Assembly: GCA_029856045.1 (NCBI GenBank)
Contig: JAHQWG010000046.1
Span: 53,477 to 117,476 of the forward strand
From: Promethearchaeia archaeon
Lineage (GTDB): Archaea > Asgardarchaeota > Lokiarchaeia > Sigyniarchaeales > SOKP01
Reading direction: 5' to 3'
Length of the DNA: 64,000 nucleotides
Translations under genes and position numbers: made by a program
Shown: piece by piece, positions 41,037-51,665 of the stretch
How the letters are laid out: each line of letters opens with the position of its first letter
How positions within the stretch are numbered: position 1 is the stretch's first letter
The notes under the pieces: generated by a model
The model's database searches: none
Seen by the model: only the letters and a program-made list of their open reading frames with translations
What the model was told of the DNA's origin: nothing

Positions 41037-41083
41037 AATTATCCTTCCATCAATCTTTTTTTAATTTGTAAATTTTCACTTAT

Positions 41084-42100
41084 TCAATATCTTATTCTTG
41101 GATCAATAAATCCGTAGACAAGATCGGTACATAAATTTACAATAACAAATGCTATTGTAATACAAAATACTACTGCGTTTAATATCCAGTAATCAAAATT
41201 AATTATAGCAACTATTATTAAGGCTCCAATGCCGTTTAAGTTAAAAGTTGATTCGGTGAGAATCGCTCCCCCTAATAAATATCCAAAATTTAATCCTATA
41301 ACTGTTATTGTAGGGATCATAGCATTTTTAAGAGCATGTGTATTTATTACATCTTTTTCTTCACATCCTTTTGCTCTTGCTGTTCTTACATAATCTTGTT
41401 CCAAAACTTCTAACATGCTTGATCGAGTTTGTCTTATAATTCCAGCAAGGGTTATAAATGATAAGCAAGCAACAGGTAAAACTAAATGATATAAATAGTC
41501 CCAAATCAAATAGATTTGACCAGATAATATAGAATCAATTATTCTGAAATGAGTAATAATTGGAGGATCGCCAATACCCGGAGTTTTATAATTAAGACCT
41601 GGAAATATGGGTATTAAGTAACCAAGAATATATCGTAAGATCATTCCCATCCAAAATACAGGTACGGCTACTCCAACGAGGGCCGTTCCCCTCAATACAG
41701 TATCCTTAGGATTATTTCTATTGGTAGCTGATATTACACCCGTTTTAATTCCGATTACTGAGGATATAACAATCGATAATATTGTAATATCGAAGGTCCT
41801 TCCAAATCTATCTAAAACAAGATCCCAAACTGGTGCGCCTCTATTAACAGTCACAGAAACGCCCCAATTACCTATAAATAAATTACCTAAATAAACAAAA
41901 AATTGCTCTATCATTGGTCGATCGAGTCCGAGTAAGTGTTGTACTCTTAGATATTCTTCATTTGTCCAACGATCCCCTAAATAGGCTGCAACTGGGTCCC
42001 CTGGCATTAATCTAGAAAGAATAAAGGTTAGAGTTATAACTCCAAATAATACAGGTAATAGCGTTACAAATCTTCTTATAATATATTTAACCATACTCAT
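41084..42100 (-). CDS. oppB: Oligopeptide ABC transporter permease (OppB/DppB)
   Basis: YIIRRF, PGDP, RSSMLEVLEQDYVRTARAKG, HALKNA, DPRIRY. Confidence 0.93.
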   Translation of the reverse strand: MSMVKYIIRRFVTLLPVLFGVITLTFILSRLMPGDPVAAYLGDRWTNEEYLRVQHLLGLDRPMIEQFFVYLGNLFIGNWGVSVTVNRGAPVWDLVLDRFGRTFDITILSIVISSVIGIKTGVISATNRNNPKDTVLRGTALVGVAVPVFWMGMILRYILGYLIPIFPGLNYKTPGIGDPPIITHFRIIDSILSGQIYLIWDYLYHLVLPVACLSFITLAGIIRQTRSSMLEVLEQDYVRTARAKGCEEKDVINTHALKNAMIPTITVIGLNFGYLLGGAILTESTFNLNGIGALIIVAIINFDYWILNAVVFCITIAFVIVNLCTDLVYGFIDPRIRY

Positions 42101-42136
42101 AAATTAGTAAATCACCTTTACTTTTTTCATTTCTTT

Positions 42137-42607
42137 TTATATATCCTCAATTTTTTTCAATTTTTCAATATATTTTTTATACTTCTCTTTTATAATCGAA
42201 GCCACAACGGCAGTAAGGAAATTAATAGCCAATATCGACAAAATTGTTAAATAACTCTCAATTCGAATGAAATATTGACCAATAAAAGTTACATCAAGAT
42301 CATTAAGAAACCAATACCAAATCCATGACATAATGATTATGAAAGGAGTTAACCAAAGACTATTTCTTACTCCATATTCAAAGAAATCTTCTCTAATTAC
42401 CATAAAAAATACAATAGCAATGAGAATTACTAATGAAATTACTGTGGTTGGATTGAATAAAATTTGATATAAAAATAATAATTCTTCCCCGATATTTTTA
42501 AGAAAGATATTACATATGAATCCAAAAAATACAAAATGAATCAATATAAGTGCTAGCAAAAAATTACTTTGCCTATTTAAATCAATTTCCATCTTCCAAA
42601 TTTTCAT
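42137..42607 (-). CDS. Hypothetical membrane protein
   Basis: 156 aa with 4 hydrophobic segments; lies within the opp cluster. Confidence 0.65.
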   Translation of the reverse strand: MKIWKMEIDLNRQSNFLLALILIHFVFFGFICNIFLKNIGEELLFLYQILFNPTTVISLVILIAIVFFMVIREDFFEYGVRNSLWLTPFIIIMSWIWYWFLNDLDVTFIGQYFIRIESYLTILSILAINFLTAVVASIIKEKYKKYIEKLKKIEDI

Positions 42608-43464
42608 AATAAAATCTCCAAATCAAAGCGTTTTAATTCAAAATTTTTTAAAATCTTCCCAAATTTGTCCTTTTTAATATTGGATCTTTTATTAATTATA
42701 CTATTATTATTCCATATTTTTAAGTCAATAGTATTTTGAGAATTTTCCATAAGTAATTTTTTATTATATGAGAAAACATCAATAATATCATCATAAATTA
42801 AATATGGGACAAAATTCATAAATCTTTTTTTATCATTCTTTAAATCATTAACATCAATAGAGACAATTTCCGGATAATATTGATTATTTTTTTCTTTATA
42901 AAGTTTTACAGTTAGTTTTGATTCTTTATGGATAATTTGAAGTTCATTTCCTTCAATCCTTCTCTTAAAGTAGCTAATAACATTTTCACAATATTTTATG
43001 TGCTCTAAATGATATTCCTCGTTTTTATAGTCAATACACTTATTTTCACAGTAAGCATAAGATTTTAGGAATTTTGAAATTAAAAATGTAAAATCCTTTG
43101 TTAAACTAGGAATTTCTGCTTTTAACGCGAGGGAATTTTCAAACCAACGAGTTATTATTTCTTTGTTTAGGTTTAAAAGGGTTTTTTCTTGAAATTTTTT
43201 TTTTGCAAAATTTATTAAATTTTTTAATCCAGTTAATAAAAAAGATTTCATATTCAATACTAGAGCCAACTTGTCAATTAATCGATTTATTTTAGTAATA
43301 TCAGGTAAAATGAAAAATGTTGATTCTCCTTTAACTAATTTATCAATTCTCATTGGAATTGGCATTATAGGAATTTTAAAAATTTCTGTGCCAAATATGT
43401 CGAAATAAAAACCCACTGGTGCAAGATCACTTTTAAAAGTCTTGAAAATTTTTTTAGCGGTCAT
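42604..43464 (-). CDS. Hypothetical protein
   Basis: 286-aa ORF with ATGA-type overlap to the next gene. Confidence 0.65.
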   Translation of the reverse strand: MTAKKIFKTFKSDLAPVGFYFDIFGTEIFKIPIMPIPMRIDKLVKGESTFFILPDITKINRLIDKLALVLNMKSFLLTGLKNLINFAKKKFQEKTLLNLNKEIITRWFENSLALKAEIPSLTKDFTFLISKFLKSYAYCENKCIDYKNEEYHLEHIKYCENVISYFKRRIEGNELQIIHKESKLTVKLYKEKNNQYYPEIVSIDVNDLKNDKKRFMNFVPYLIYDDIIDVFSYNKKLLMENSQNTIDLKIWNNNSIINKRSNIKKDKFGKILKNFELKRFDLEILL

Positions 43465-43553
43465 GAAAAAAACCAGTAAAATTATTTATTTTAAAATATG
43501 TTAAAAAAAAAAAGATTATATATTTTATTTTTTTTCCTATTTGATTGATTGTT

Positions 43554-45209
43554 TTAGACGAGATAGACACTATGAAACAGGTCCTTAAATGGATTATCAA
43601 CGAATCCTCTCACATTCGGTGCCATACAACGTGGGACATGAGAGACATAGCCATAAATCCATGGATATACTACTTCAGCACTGCGTTTTTGAATCTTGTG
43701 ATATAACTCTGCTCTTGCTGTTTCATCGGTTTCTTCTAGAGCTTCTTCCATCCATAGTTGTAGCACTGGATCATTAATCTGTGCGAAATTAGACGCAACT
43801 GATCTATTTGTCATCAAATAACCAACAAAATTGCTTGCATCGGCATAATCAGGAATCCAACCGATCCACCCAAGTTCCAGCATATTTCTATGGAGACCAG
43901 CTACTTCGTATCCTCTATAAAGATATTCGTGCCAAGTCATACCAGCATCTTCTATTTTGACCCCAATTTGTTTAAAATTGGCTGTTATTAAAATCAATAT
44001 ATCTTCTCGAACAGGATTACCTATGTTATATGAAAAATTATAAGTTGCAAGAGGCGTTCCATCAGTTACTAGCTTTTCCCAATCATTACCGGCACTGACA
44101 TCACTGTTCGCAGTTAAGCTCGCCGTTCCGGGGAAACCCGCGTCTTTTAAGGCAGCTCTTGCGGTTGCTATATTATAGTCAGCAAGAGTGATATTCTCAG
44201 TGCTATAGTACTTGATACCGTCTGGAATGGGAGATGTCATTCTTACAGCATAACCCTGCATGATTTCATCAATAAGATACGTATAGTTAAAAGCGTATGA
44301 CATTGCTTTTCTCATTTCTGGTGGCATCAATTCATGATTAAAATGTAAATATTGAATCGATAAAGATGGCGCTGATTCGAGTAATGCAACATTCGGTGCG
44401 TTATCGAATGTTTGAACCATTGCAGGCTCCGCTGAATCTATCATGGTAATATCTTCTGTTAATAATGCAGCGTTTCTGGCATCCGCATCAGTAATAACTG
44501 AGAAAACCAATAAATCTATTGCTGGTACATTACCCCAGTAATTTCGATTAGGAGGCATTAAACATTCAACTTCAGATTCATATGAAAGATATGTAAAAGG
44601 TCCAGTCCCGACTAGTGTATCTTGCGAAATATCAAGAAATTCACTCGCATTAGTAGCTTCAGGAGACATCATATATGCACTCCAAGAACTTAATAATGGT
44701 ATCAGTACAGCATAGGGTTTATTTAATACAAGTCTTACTGTGTAAGTATCAACAACTTCAGTCCTATTAAGAATCGGTGAGCCATCCGGCCATTCCCATA
44801 ATTCTGCCAATACACTTATATTCCTTAAATTATTCACTCTATCGAAATTCCACTTAACAGCTGCAGCATCAAAAACTTCACCATCGTGAAAATTAACACC
44901 TTGTCTAAGGATAAATGTAACTTCTTTGAAATCTGTACTGAATGAATAAGACGTTGCTAGTTTCGGTACAATTGGGTATTCTGGATCATTTACATCAACA
45001 TCAACTAAACCCTCGCAAACTTGGTTAGCTACATCAATTGAAGCTGAATCCCACATATTATGAAGATCAATTTCATCAGGACCATACATTACTCCGAATA
45101 CGAATGTACCACCTTTTGGTGTTTCCATATATATAAGAACGCTGGAAATACTTACTATTGCAATAACAGCTATTAGTCCAATAGCGATATATTGTATACT
45201 TCTTTTCAT
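43554..45209 (-). CDS. oppA: ABC transporter substrate-binding protein, family 5 (OppA/DppA)
   Basis: N-terminal TM anchor, PKLATSY, LRQGVNFHDG, VGTGPF, RKAMSYA, GWIPDYAD. Confidence 0.9.
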   Translation of the reverse strand: MKRSIQYIAIGLIAVIAIVSISSVLIYMETPKGGTFVFGVMYGPDEIDLHNMWDSASIDVANQVCEGLVDVDVNDPEYPIVPKLATSYSFSTDFKEVTFILRQGVNFHDGEVFDAAAVKWNFDRVNNLRNISVLAELWEWPDGSPILNRTEVVDTYTVRLVLNKPYAVLIPLLSSWSAYMMSPEATNASEFLDISQDTLVGTGPFTYLSYESEVECLMPPNRNYWGNVPAIDLLVFSVITDADARNAALLTEDITMIDSAEPAMVQTFDNAPNVALLESAPSLSIQYLHFNHELMPPEMRKAMSYAFNYTYLIDEIMQGYAVRMTSPIPDGIKYYSTENITLADYNIATARAALKDAGFPGTASLTANSDVSAGNDWEKLVTDGTPLATYNFSYNIGNPVREDILILITANFKQIGVKIEDAGMTWHEYLYRGYEVAGLHRNMLELGWIGWIPDYADASNFVGYLMTNRSVASNFAQINDPVLQLWMEEALEETDETARAELYHKIQKRSAEVVYPWIYGYVSHVPRCMAPNVRGFVDNPFKDLFHSVYLV

Positions 45210-45586
45210 TTTATAATCACTTAATATTTTTTATTTTTTTATTAATAATAGTTTTAATTTTTTTTAATAAATTAGTGTTACACATGTGTAGATAATTAAG
45301 TTTATAAATTTTATCTTTTTTTTTCCTATCATTCAATGGGGATATATTAAATGAATTAGTTTTATGTAGTTCAAAAATATCAGATAAAGCACTTTTTTTT
45401 GATATTGGGTAAATATTCCCATTAATTTATCTCTACTTTTTATGAGATAAGATCTAATATTACTAAGAATCGGAATATTATTAAAATTGAATAAAATAAA
45501 AGAGAACGTTAGTTTTTATTACACTGCTGAAAATTTATCAAAAAAATATTATTAAAATCGAAAGAAATTTAATTTATTAATTTAAC

Positions 45587-47344
45587 CTATTGTTCATAGT
45601 AAAGATTTTTAATTTCTTGAATTGTTGTTACTTGAGAAGGAGATTTATCATCTCTGAAGCGTAAGAAGACAGGAAATCGTACTGAAAAGCCTGTTTTAGA
45701 TTCGGAAGATTTTCCAGCGTCAAATTTTTCACTTATTGTTATTTCATCACCAATAATTTCTATTACTACTTTAGGTTCAAACCAGATATCCGGCTCTTCC
45801 GTAGCGACAACATTTAATGGTTTTTTACCAGTCTCATACTCTTTCATTATTTCTAAGATATCATCCATAATTTCATCAGTAAATCCTGAAGCAATTCTTG
45901 TTAATGCCTGATAACCATCTTTTTCAGGGTTATAAACTGCACCTAATAATGTACCATATACTCCTTTTCTTCTACCACGACCCCAATATCCTCCAATAAT
46001 TACGACGTCAATTGAGTCCTTCATTTTTCCTCTTTCTAAACTTTTTAATTTAATCCATAAAAAACCTCTATTTCCTGGTTGATAAATTGAATCCTCTTTA
46101 ATGGATTTATTCATAATTCCTTCACAGCCTTTATCTCGAGATTCTTTGAAAAATTCAACCATTTCATCAATATTATTAATCTCTTTAGAAAAAACTGTCT
46201 GAAGTTCATCTCGTTTAGTAACAATTTCTTCTAACTTTTTTTTCCGTTCAAGAAAAGATAGACTAATATATTCTTCTCCTTCACACATTAAAAGGTCAAA
46301 TAAAAAAACCGTTACAGGAATTTCTTTTGCCATTTTATCAATATCATATTTTCTTCTTCGTTTACTTAGTACTTGAAAGGGGAGCATCTTTTCATAGAAA
46401 GGATCCATTGCAACAACTTCACCTTCCAATATGGCCACGTTTGCTTCAATATTCGATTTAATAATTTCACACACATCGGGATATCTATCGGTTATTTCGA
46501 GTAATTGTCTAGAAAATAATTTTATCTCATTATTTTTTTTATGGATTTGAAGGCGTTCTCCGTCCAATTTCTGTTCTGCAATAAATTTTGGACCTAATTT
46601 ATCCATAATTTCTGAAAAATCTAATCTACTAGCGAGCATCATACGTATTGGAACTCCATAGGTAATTTTTAATTTTTTAAGTGCATCAAGACCTTGAGTA
46701 ATTAGCATTTGAGCGATTTCACCCAAATCGGGATGAATGTTGAATGCATATTCAATTATATCTCTATTTTTTTTATTATCGGTTAATCCTTCAGCTAATG
46801 CATCAATAATGGTCATTGTAGATACACCCATCCTTAATGTAGAAGTAATTATTCTAAGTAAAAACTTAGCCTCTAAAGGGGAGCATTTTCCAAGAAGACC
46901 CCTTAGAGATCTTAATTTTATATCTTGAGACCCTTTACCTGAAGCTTGTGATATCTTCATGAGCTCTGAATATATCTCCGAAATGTTTAATGATTTTATT
47001 TCTCCAAAGAGGGTCTGTTGTTGTTTCTTTTTTTTAAAAATGATCTCAGCTGCTGAACCAATATCACCTTTCTTTAATAAAATCTCTTTGATTCTCTCAT
47101 AACCCAATCCAGAATGAGTAGATAATGCCTCAATGATCATTTTTTCAGCAAGTCCAATCTTAGGGAATTGTTTTATATTCGAAGTTAATTGCCCTTGAGA
47201 AAGGTATATTACTTTATCAAAATCTTCATACTTATTATTTTTCTTTAACTCTCGAAAAAAAGTTGAAAGAATATCTATCATCTCAAGTCTTTTGGAAGTC
47301 TTCTCAAGGGATGCAAAAATTTTTGTTAAATCCTTAAATTCCAT
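45587..47344 (-). CDS. lig: ATP-dependent DNA ligase
   Basis: Motif I EQKLDGER, EGEVV, FDLL, EGIMNK, WIKLK, GRGRRKG, SGFTD, RFPVFLRFRDDK. Confidence 0.96.
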   Translation of the reverse strand: MEFKDLTKIFASLEKTSKRLEMIDILSTFFRELKKNNKYEDFDKVIYLSQGQLTSNIKQFPKIGLAEKMIIEALSTHSGLGYERIKEILLKKGDIGSAAEIIFKKKKQQQTLFGEIKSLNISEIYSELMKISQASGKGSQDIKLRSLRGLLGKCSPLEAKFLLRIITSTLRMGVSTMTIIDALAEGLTDNKKNRDIIEYAFNIHPDLGEIAQMLITQGLDALKKLKITYGVPIRMMLASRLDFSEIMDKLGPKFIAEQKLDGERLQIHKKNNEIKLFSRQLLEITDRYPDVCEIIKSNIEANVAILEGEVVAMDPFYEKMLPFQVLSKRRRKYDIDKMAKEIPVTVFLFDLLMCEGEEYISLSFLERKKKLEEIVTKRDELQTVFSKEINNIDEMVEFFKESRDKGCEGIMNKSIKEDSIYQPGNRGFLWIKLKSLERGKMKDSIDVVIIGGYWGRGRRKGVYGTLLGAVYNPEKDGYQALTRIASGFTDEIMDDILEIMKEYETGKKPLNVVATEEPDIWFEPKVVIEIIGDEITISEKFDAGKSSESKTGFSVRFPVFLRFRDDKSPSQVTTIQEIKNLYYEQ

Positions 47345-47394
47345 CTTAAGAAGCCTTTTTTTAAAAAAATAAAGAAGAAATAAATTATTTTAAA

Positions 47395-48228
47395 TTATTT
47401 TAACATTTTCGAAAGTTGTACAAATCTTTCTTGAATAGCTTTTTTTTTTTCAGGGTCAATTCCCTTGAAAGAGTTTGTTGAAAATTTAATAACTGTACCT
47501 TCGATTTGAAATTCACATACTGGTCCATCCATAATTTCGACTGCTATACTTCCATCATCCTTTTTACTTGCCCAGACATCATTAAACTCTTCTAAAATTG
47601 AAATTAGAACAAATCCAATTCTTGCATCAGAGATAGTTGGGATTTCTTTTAAGGGTGTTGGTTCTTCTTGAACTGTTTTTGGAGGTTCTTCAATAGGGAT
47701 TTTTGGTTCTGGTGTTACAGTTTTAGGTATCTCCTTTTTAGGTTCATATTCTGTTGCTGGAGAAATAATTTTCTCCTCTGTCTTTACAGGTTTTACTTCA
47801 GGTATAGAGACAGAAGGAACTGCTGGTGTGGGTTTAGGGATTTCTTCAGGAGGTTTTTCTTTATCAACGATACTAAAGGAAATAATATTATCTCCAATCT
47901 CTTGGTATTCACGATCTAACAATTTTTGTAATTCTTCATTTACAACATCTGTTTCAGGATCCCTACCTATTTTTCTTTCATCAATTTCAATCAATTGCTT
48001 AATATCCCTACCCAGAATAGATTTTCCAATTTGATAACCATGTCCCTTAAGTGCTTCTGCTTGCCTTAAAGCTACTCTACGGGAGACCAAATTTTGCCTT
48101 TTCCCATGCCATAACCATAATTTAAGGTTCTCTTCGTCTAAGACAATAATAGAGCTATCAGAGATAAGATTTTCTTTACCCCACTTGATTGGAGTAGAAA
48201 CTCCACCTTCTTCAACTTTAAACATCAA
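47395..48228 (-). CDS. Gelsolin-like domain protein with Pro/Glu/Lys-rich linker
   Basis: SIIVLDEENLKLWLWHGKRQNLVSRRVALRQAEAL fits the gelsolin-repeat pattern (ilD...iw.W.G, then a long helix); start may be ATT at 48252. Confidence 0.65.
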   Translation of the reverse strand: MMFKVEEGGVSTPIKWGKENLISDSSIIVLDEENLKLWLWHGKRQNLVSRRVALRQAEALKGHGYQIGKSILGRDIKQLIEIDERKIGRDPETDVVNEELQKLLDREYQEIGDNIISFSIVDKEKPPEEIPKPTPAVPSVSIPEVKPVKTEEKIISPATEYEPKKEIPKTVTPEPKIPIEEPPKTVQEEPTPLKEIPTISDARIGFVLISILEEFNDVWASKKDDGSIAVEIMDGPVCEFQIEGTVIKFSTNSFKGIDPEKKKAIQERFVQLSKMLK

Positions 48229-48424
48229 TAAATATGCTCGTGATCCAGAAATTTTAAAACACCTGTTATTATTTATGTTTTTACGATTATTTTTTAGATT
48301 TACTATTATAATTAATATTAATTTTATTATAGTTAATTATTATTATAAAAACATTTAAAGATTAAAATTACCAATATTGAAATAATTGTTATTGAGCGAA
48401 AACTAAAAAATTGTGGTATCATAA

Positions 48425-49510
48425 ATGGATTTAGAAAATTTACTTAGAGAAGATTTTGACAAGATAGAACAATATTTACCAAGAGAACAACCATTTGAAG
48501 CAGATTGGTTGGAATTAAACATAAATCAGAATCCATATCCCCCACCACGGGTAATTTTAGATGAAATTAAAATGGCTGTTAATGAAAAGTTAAGATTATA
48601 TCCCGAACCAACTGGAAAAGATTTAAGGAAAATGATTAGTTCAGTTTTTTTAGTAGATAAAAAGACTCTAACTAATCCTAATAATATTTTTATAGATAAT
48701 GGAGCCGATGGAGTTTTGGAAAATATTATGAAAACCTTTATCAATCCAGAGGATCAAATAATTTATTTTTATCCGACTTATGGTTTATATAAAACATTGA
48801 GTTTGATTTATAAAGCTAAGAAAAAAGAAATAAAATTAAACGATGACTTTTCAATTCCCGAAAGTGCATATTCACTAAAAGGAAAATTAATATTCATTAA
48901 TTCACCAAATAATCCAAATGGAAAAGCATTCTCAAATGATGTAATTTCAAAAATTTGTAAATATTTTCCTGGAATTGTTGTTATCGATGAAACTTATGGT
49001 GATTACTGTCAAACTTCCGCTTTACCATTATTAAAGGAATTTAAGAATCTAATAATTGTCAGAACATTTTCCAACTCGTTTTCACTTGCTTCTATGAGAA
49101 TTGGATTCGCTGTTGCAAATGATAAAATCATTAAAGCAATGAATAAAGTTAGATTACCCTATAATGTTAATTATCTTGCGCAGATTGCCGCTATATCTTG
49201 TATAAAACATCGAGATTTGGTCTTTAAACAAAACCAAAAGGTTATTTCAGAAAGAAAAAGATTATCAGAAACATTATCTAAATACAATGGAATAAGTGTG
49301 GAACCATCAGATGCAAATTTTATATTCGTAAAATTCTCAGATAAAAGTATTTGTTTAAAATTTATATGGGATTTGAAAGAAAAAAAAGTATTAGTAAGAC
49401 ACATAAGTCAACCAGGATTATATCAATATATGAGAATTACAATAGAGACGCCAGAGAATAATAATAAATTTTTAGAGATATTTAATGAACTCACAAAAAA
49501 ATATTTATAA
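48425..49510 (+). CDS. HisC-like class I/II aminotransferase homologue lacking the PLP lysine
   Basis: NQNPY, LRLYP, NSPNNPNG, IDETY, RTFSNSFSLASMRIGF (Lys replaced by Asn), ANFIFV, RITI. Confidence 0.85.
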   Translation: MDLENLLREDFDKIEQYLPREQPFEADWLELNINQNPYPPPRVILDEIKMAVNEKLRLYPEPTGKDLRKMISSVFLVDKKTLTNPNNIFIDNGADGVLENIMKTFINPEDQIIYFYPTYGLYKTLSLIYKAKKKEIKLNDDFSIPESAYSLKGKLIFINSPNNPNGKAFSNDVISKICKYFPGIVVIDETYGDYCQTSALPLLKEFKNLIIVRTFSNSFSLASMRIGFAVANDKIIKAMNKVRLPYNVNYLAQIAAISCIKHRDLVFKQNQKVISERKRLSETLSKYNGISVEPSDANFIFVKFSDKSICLKFIWDLKEKKVLVRHISQPGLYQYMRITIETPENNNKFLEIFNELTKKYL

Positions 49511-49546
49511 TAGTAATTAAAAAAATCGATAAAGAGTCATTAATTC

Positions 49547-50716
49547 ATGCTTTTTGGAAGAGAATTAGAAAAAGTAAAATGTCCAAGTTGTGGATATGTA
49601 ATAACTAAACCATTCCCAATGGATCAATTATGTCCAAATTGTAAAAAGTTTCTTCCAAATTTATTTGAGATCGTAGCAAAAGCAGAAGAAGAGAAAAAAT
49701 TAATAAAAGGGATTCCAAAAGAAATTCAAAAAGTGATAAAGACTCCAGCATCTGAACTTTCTAGTAAAGTAAAGGTGAAAAAAAAAGGGGTTAGGATAAT
49801 AGAATTGTCTAATAATGAAATTGAAGTTAAAACAGGAGAAGAGTATATTAAATTATTAGGTATTATCACCCAAAATCGGAAACCCATATTTTGCAGTAAT
49901 GAAAGATATAATTATTTACTTGAACTTGCTTGCAATCTTGATTTTATAGCAAGTAGTATTTTGGGTGGGGAATTAGACCAAATGATGTTAGAATCACTAG
50001 AGACTCAAAAAATGGAGAATTGTATTTTTGTAATAGATAAAAGTATAATTTATATACTATATGGGAAATTTCCGAATAAAAAAGGTTACTGGCTAATCGA
50101 ACAAATGAAAAAAAACCTTGATGCTGCACTAAATGGCTTAGATCCAGATCAGTTAGAAAAAATTCAAACTCATAACATATCTCTGAAATTGGAATCTGCA
50201 TTAAAATATTCTATACTGGAATATATTAAACTTCAAGAAGTATTTAGTGATAAAAAAATCCCATTTGTTGAGGATACATTAAAAGTTCATTATTTTGGAT
50301 TATCATCTCAATCAATTGGGATTATATCATTATTATTAGGTGATGAATTACCAATTGTATATAAAGGACCAATTTCTTCTCCTCAAGAAGAATTAGAAAT
50401 GAAAGAGACATTAGTAACTGCTAAAGTAGAAGCGATGGCGGCAAATACAGCTGGAAATACTGGTGCAATGCCTAAATGGATTGCAGTAAAATTAGGTTTT
50501 CAAAATTATCGTTTTTTAACATTTACAAAATTAGAAAACGAATACATTTTTAATATGTTGAGTGAAGGTAATATAGAAAAATTGGAAAAAGTGGAAAATC
50601 TATTGCAAAATATAGTAAAAGATACAGTAAAAAACAAATTCCACGGTGATTTAAGACCGTTTAATACATTAAAGACTGAAATAAAAAGTTTTTTTGAAAT
50701 CAAAGTATTTTCTTAA
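49547..50716 (+). CDS. Zn-ribbon protein with probable longin/roadblock-like domains
   Basis: CPSCG...CPNC at the N-terminus; two alpha/beta segments with a beta-beta-helix-beta-beta-beta-helix hydrophobic pattern. Confidence 0.5.
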   Translation: MLFGRELEKVKCPSCGYVITKPFPMDQLCPNCKKFLPNLFEIVAKAEEEKKLIKGIPKEIQKVIKTPASELSSKVKVKKKGVRIIELSNNEIEVKTGEEYIKLLGIITQNRKPIFCSNERYNYLLELACNLDFIASSILGGELDQMMLESLETQKMENCIFVIDKSIIYILYGKFPNKKGYWLIEQMKKNLDAALNGLDPDQLEKIQTHNISLKLESALKYSILEYIKLQEVFSDKKIPFVEDTLKVHYFGLSSQSIGIISLLLGDELPIVYKGPISSPQEELEMKETLVTAKVEAMAANTAGNTGAMPKWIAVKLGFQNYRFLTFTKLENEYIFNMLSEGNIEKLEKVENLLQNIVKDTVKNKFHGDLRPFNTLKTEIKSFFEIKVFS

Positions 50717-50832
50717 CCAGATCCCAATTTGGGTATTAAATCTCTTATATAAAAAGATTAATCAACTCCCTAAAATAATCTTATACCAAAATGGAAATAC
50801 TACTTAAAAAGAATAAATTAGATGTTAATTCT

Positions 50833-51525
50833 TTAATCTTTCTTCCTTCCTTTAAATTTTAATGAATAGAAGGTAATTATAAAAATTGTAGAATATACTA
50901 AAATTACTAGTAATAGATACCACCATTGTGTGAAAATAGCCGAAACCCAATCTTGATGGGCAATTGGAAATATAATAAAACTCTCCATAATTAAAACCAA
51001 GATTAGCCATAATGGTGTCGTTGAAATGCTGATAAGGAAGCCGATAAATCCTAAAATTATCCCAAATAATACATCGATGAAATAATGTGAACCAAGATAG
51101 ATTCTACTAAAACATACTAAAGAAGAAATTATAACTAAAAATGGAATAAGTATCCATAAATTTAATAAAAAAATAATTGCACAAGACATTGAAATTATGT
51201 TATAACAATGCCATGACGGGAAACTTGGGGAAAATTGTGGTCTATCCAAAAAAATGATTCTATCAATTTGTTGAAAAGGCCGTTTTCTTTTAATAATATA
51301 TTTTAAAGGTACAACTAAATAGATTCCTGCTAATAAATTTCCTCCAAGAACGATGAAAATGTTTGGATCATACCATATAAATAGAAAAAATGCTAAAATA
51401 CCTAGCCATACAGGTTCTTGACCAAAAAATGCAAAGAATTTAATGATAGGAGTTAAATAATCATTCTTAAAACTATTAAGTTTTAATGTTATTGTTTTAT
51501 CAAATTGAATTATCTTCTTGAACAT
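50833..51525 (-). CDS. PAP2-family membrane phosphatase
   Basis: KYIIKRKRP, SFPSWH, SRIYLGSHYFIDV. Confidence 0.88.
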   Translation of the reverse strand: MFKKIIQFDKTITLKLNSFKNDYLTPIIKFFAFFGQEPVWLGILAFFLFIWYDPNIFIVLGGNLLAGIYLVVPLKYIIKRKRPFQQIDRIIFLDRPQFSPSFPSWHCYNIISMSCAIIFLLNLWILIPFLVIISSLVCFSRIYLGSHYFIDVLFGIILGFIGFLISISTTPLWLILVLIMESFIIFPIAHQDWVSAIFTQWWYLLLVILVYSTIFIITFYSLKFKGRKKD

Positions 51526-51665
51526 AATTTTAATAAAAATATCCGTATTTAATTTTTTATGCGTTAATAACAGAAAAAATTAAATCTTTTTTAAATAGTA
51601 ATCTAATTATTTTAACTATATAATCTCTAGCTACAAATATTAAAAAATAATAAAAAAAGATTTAA

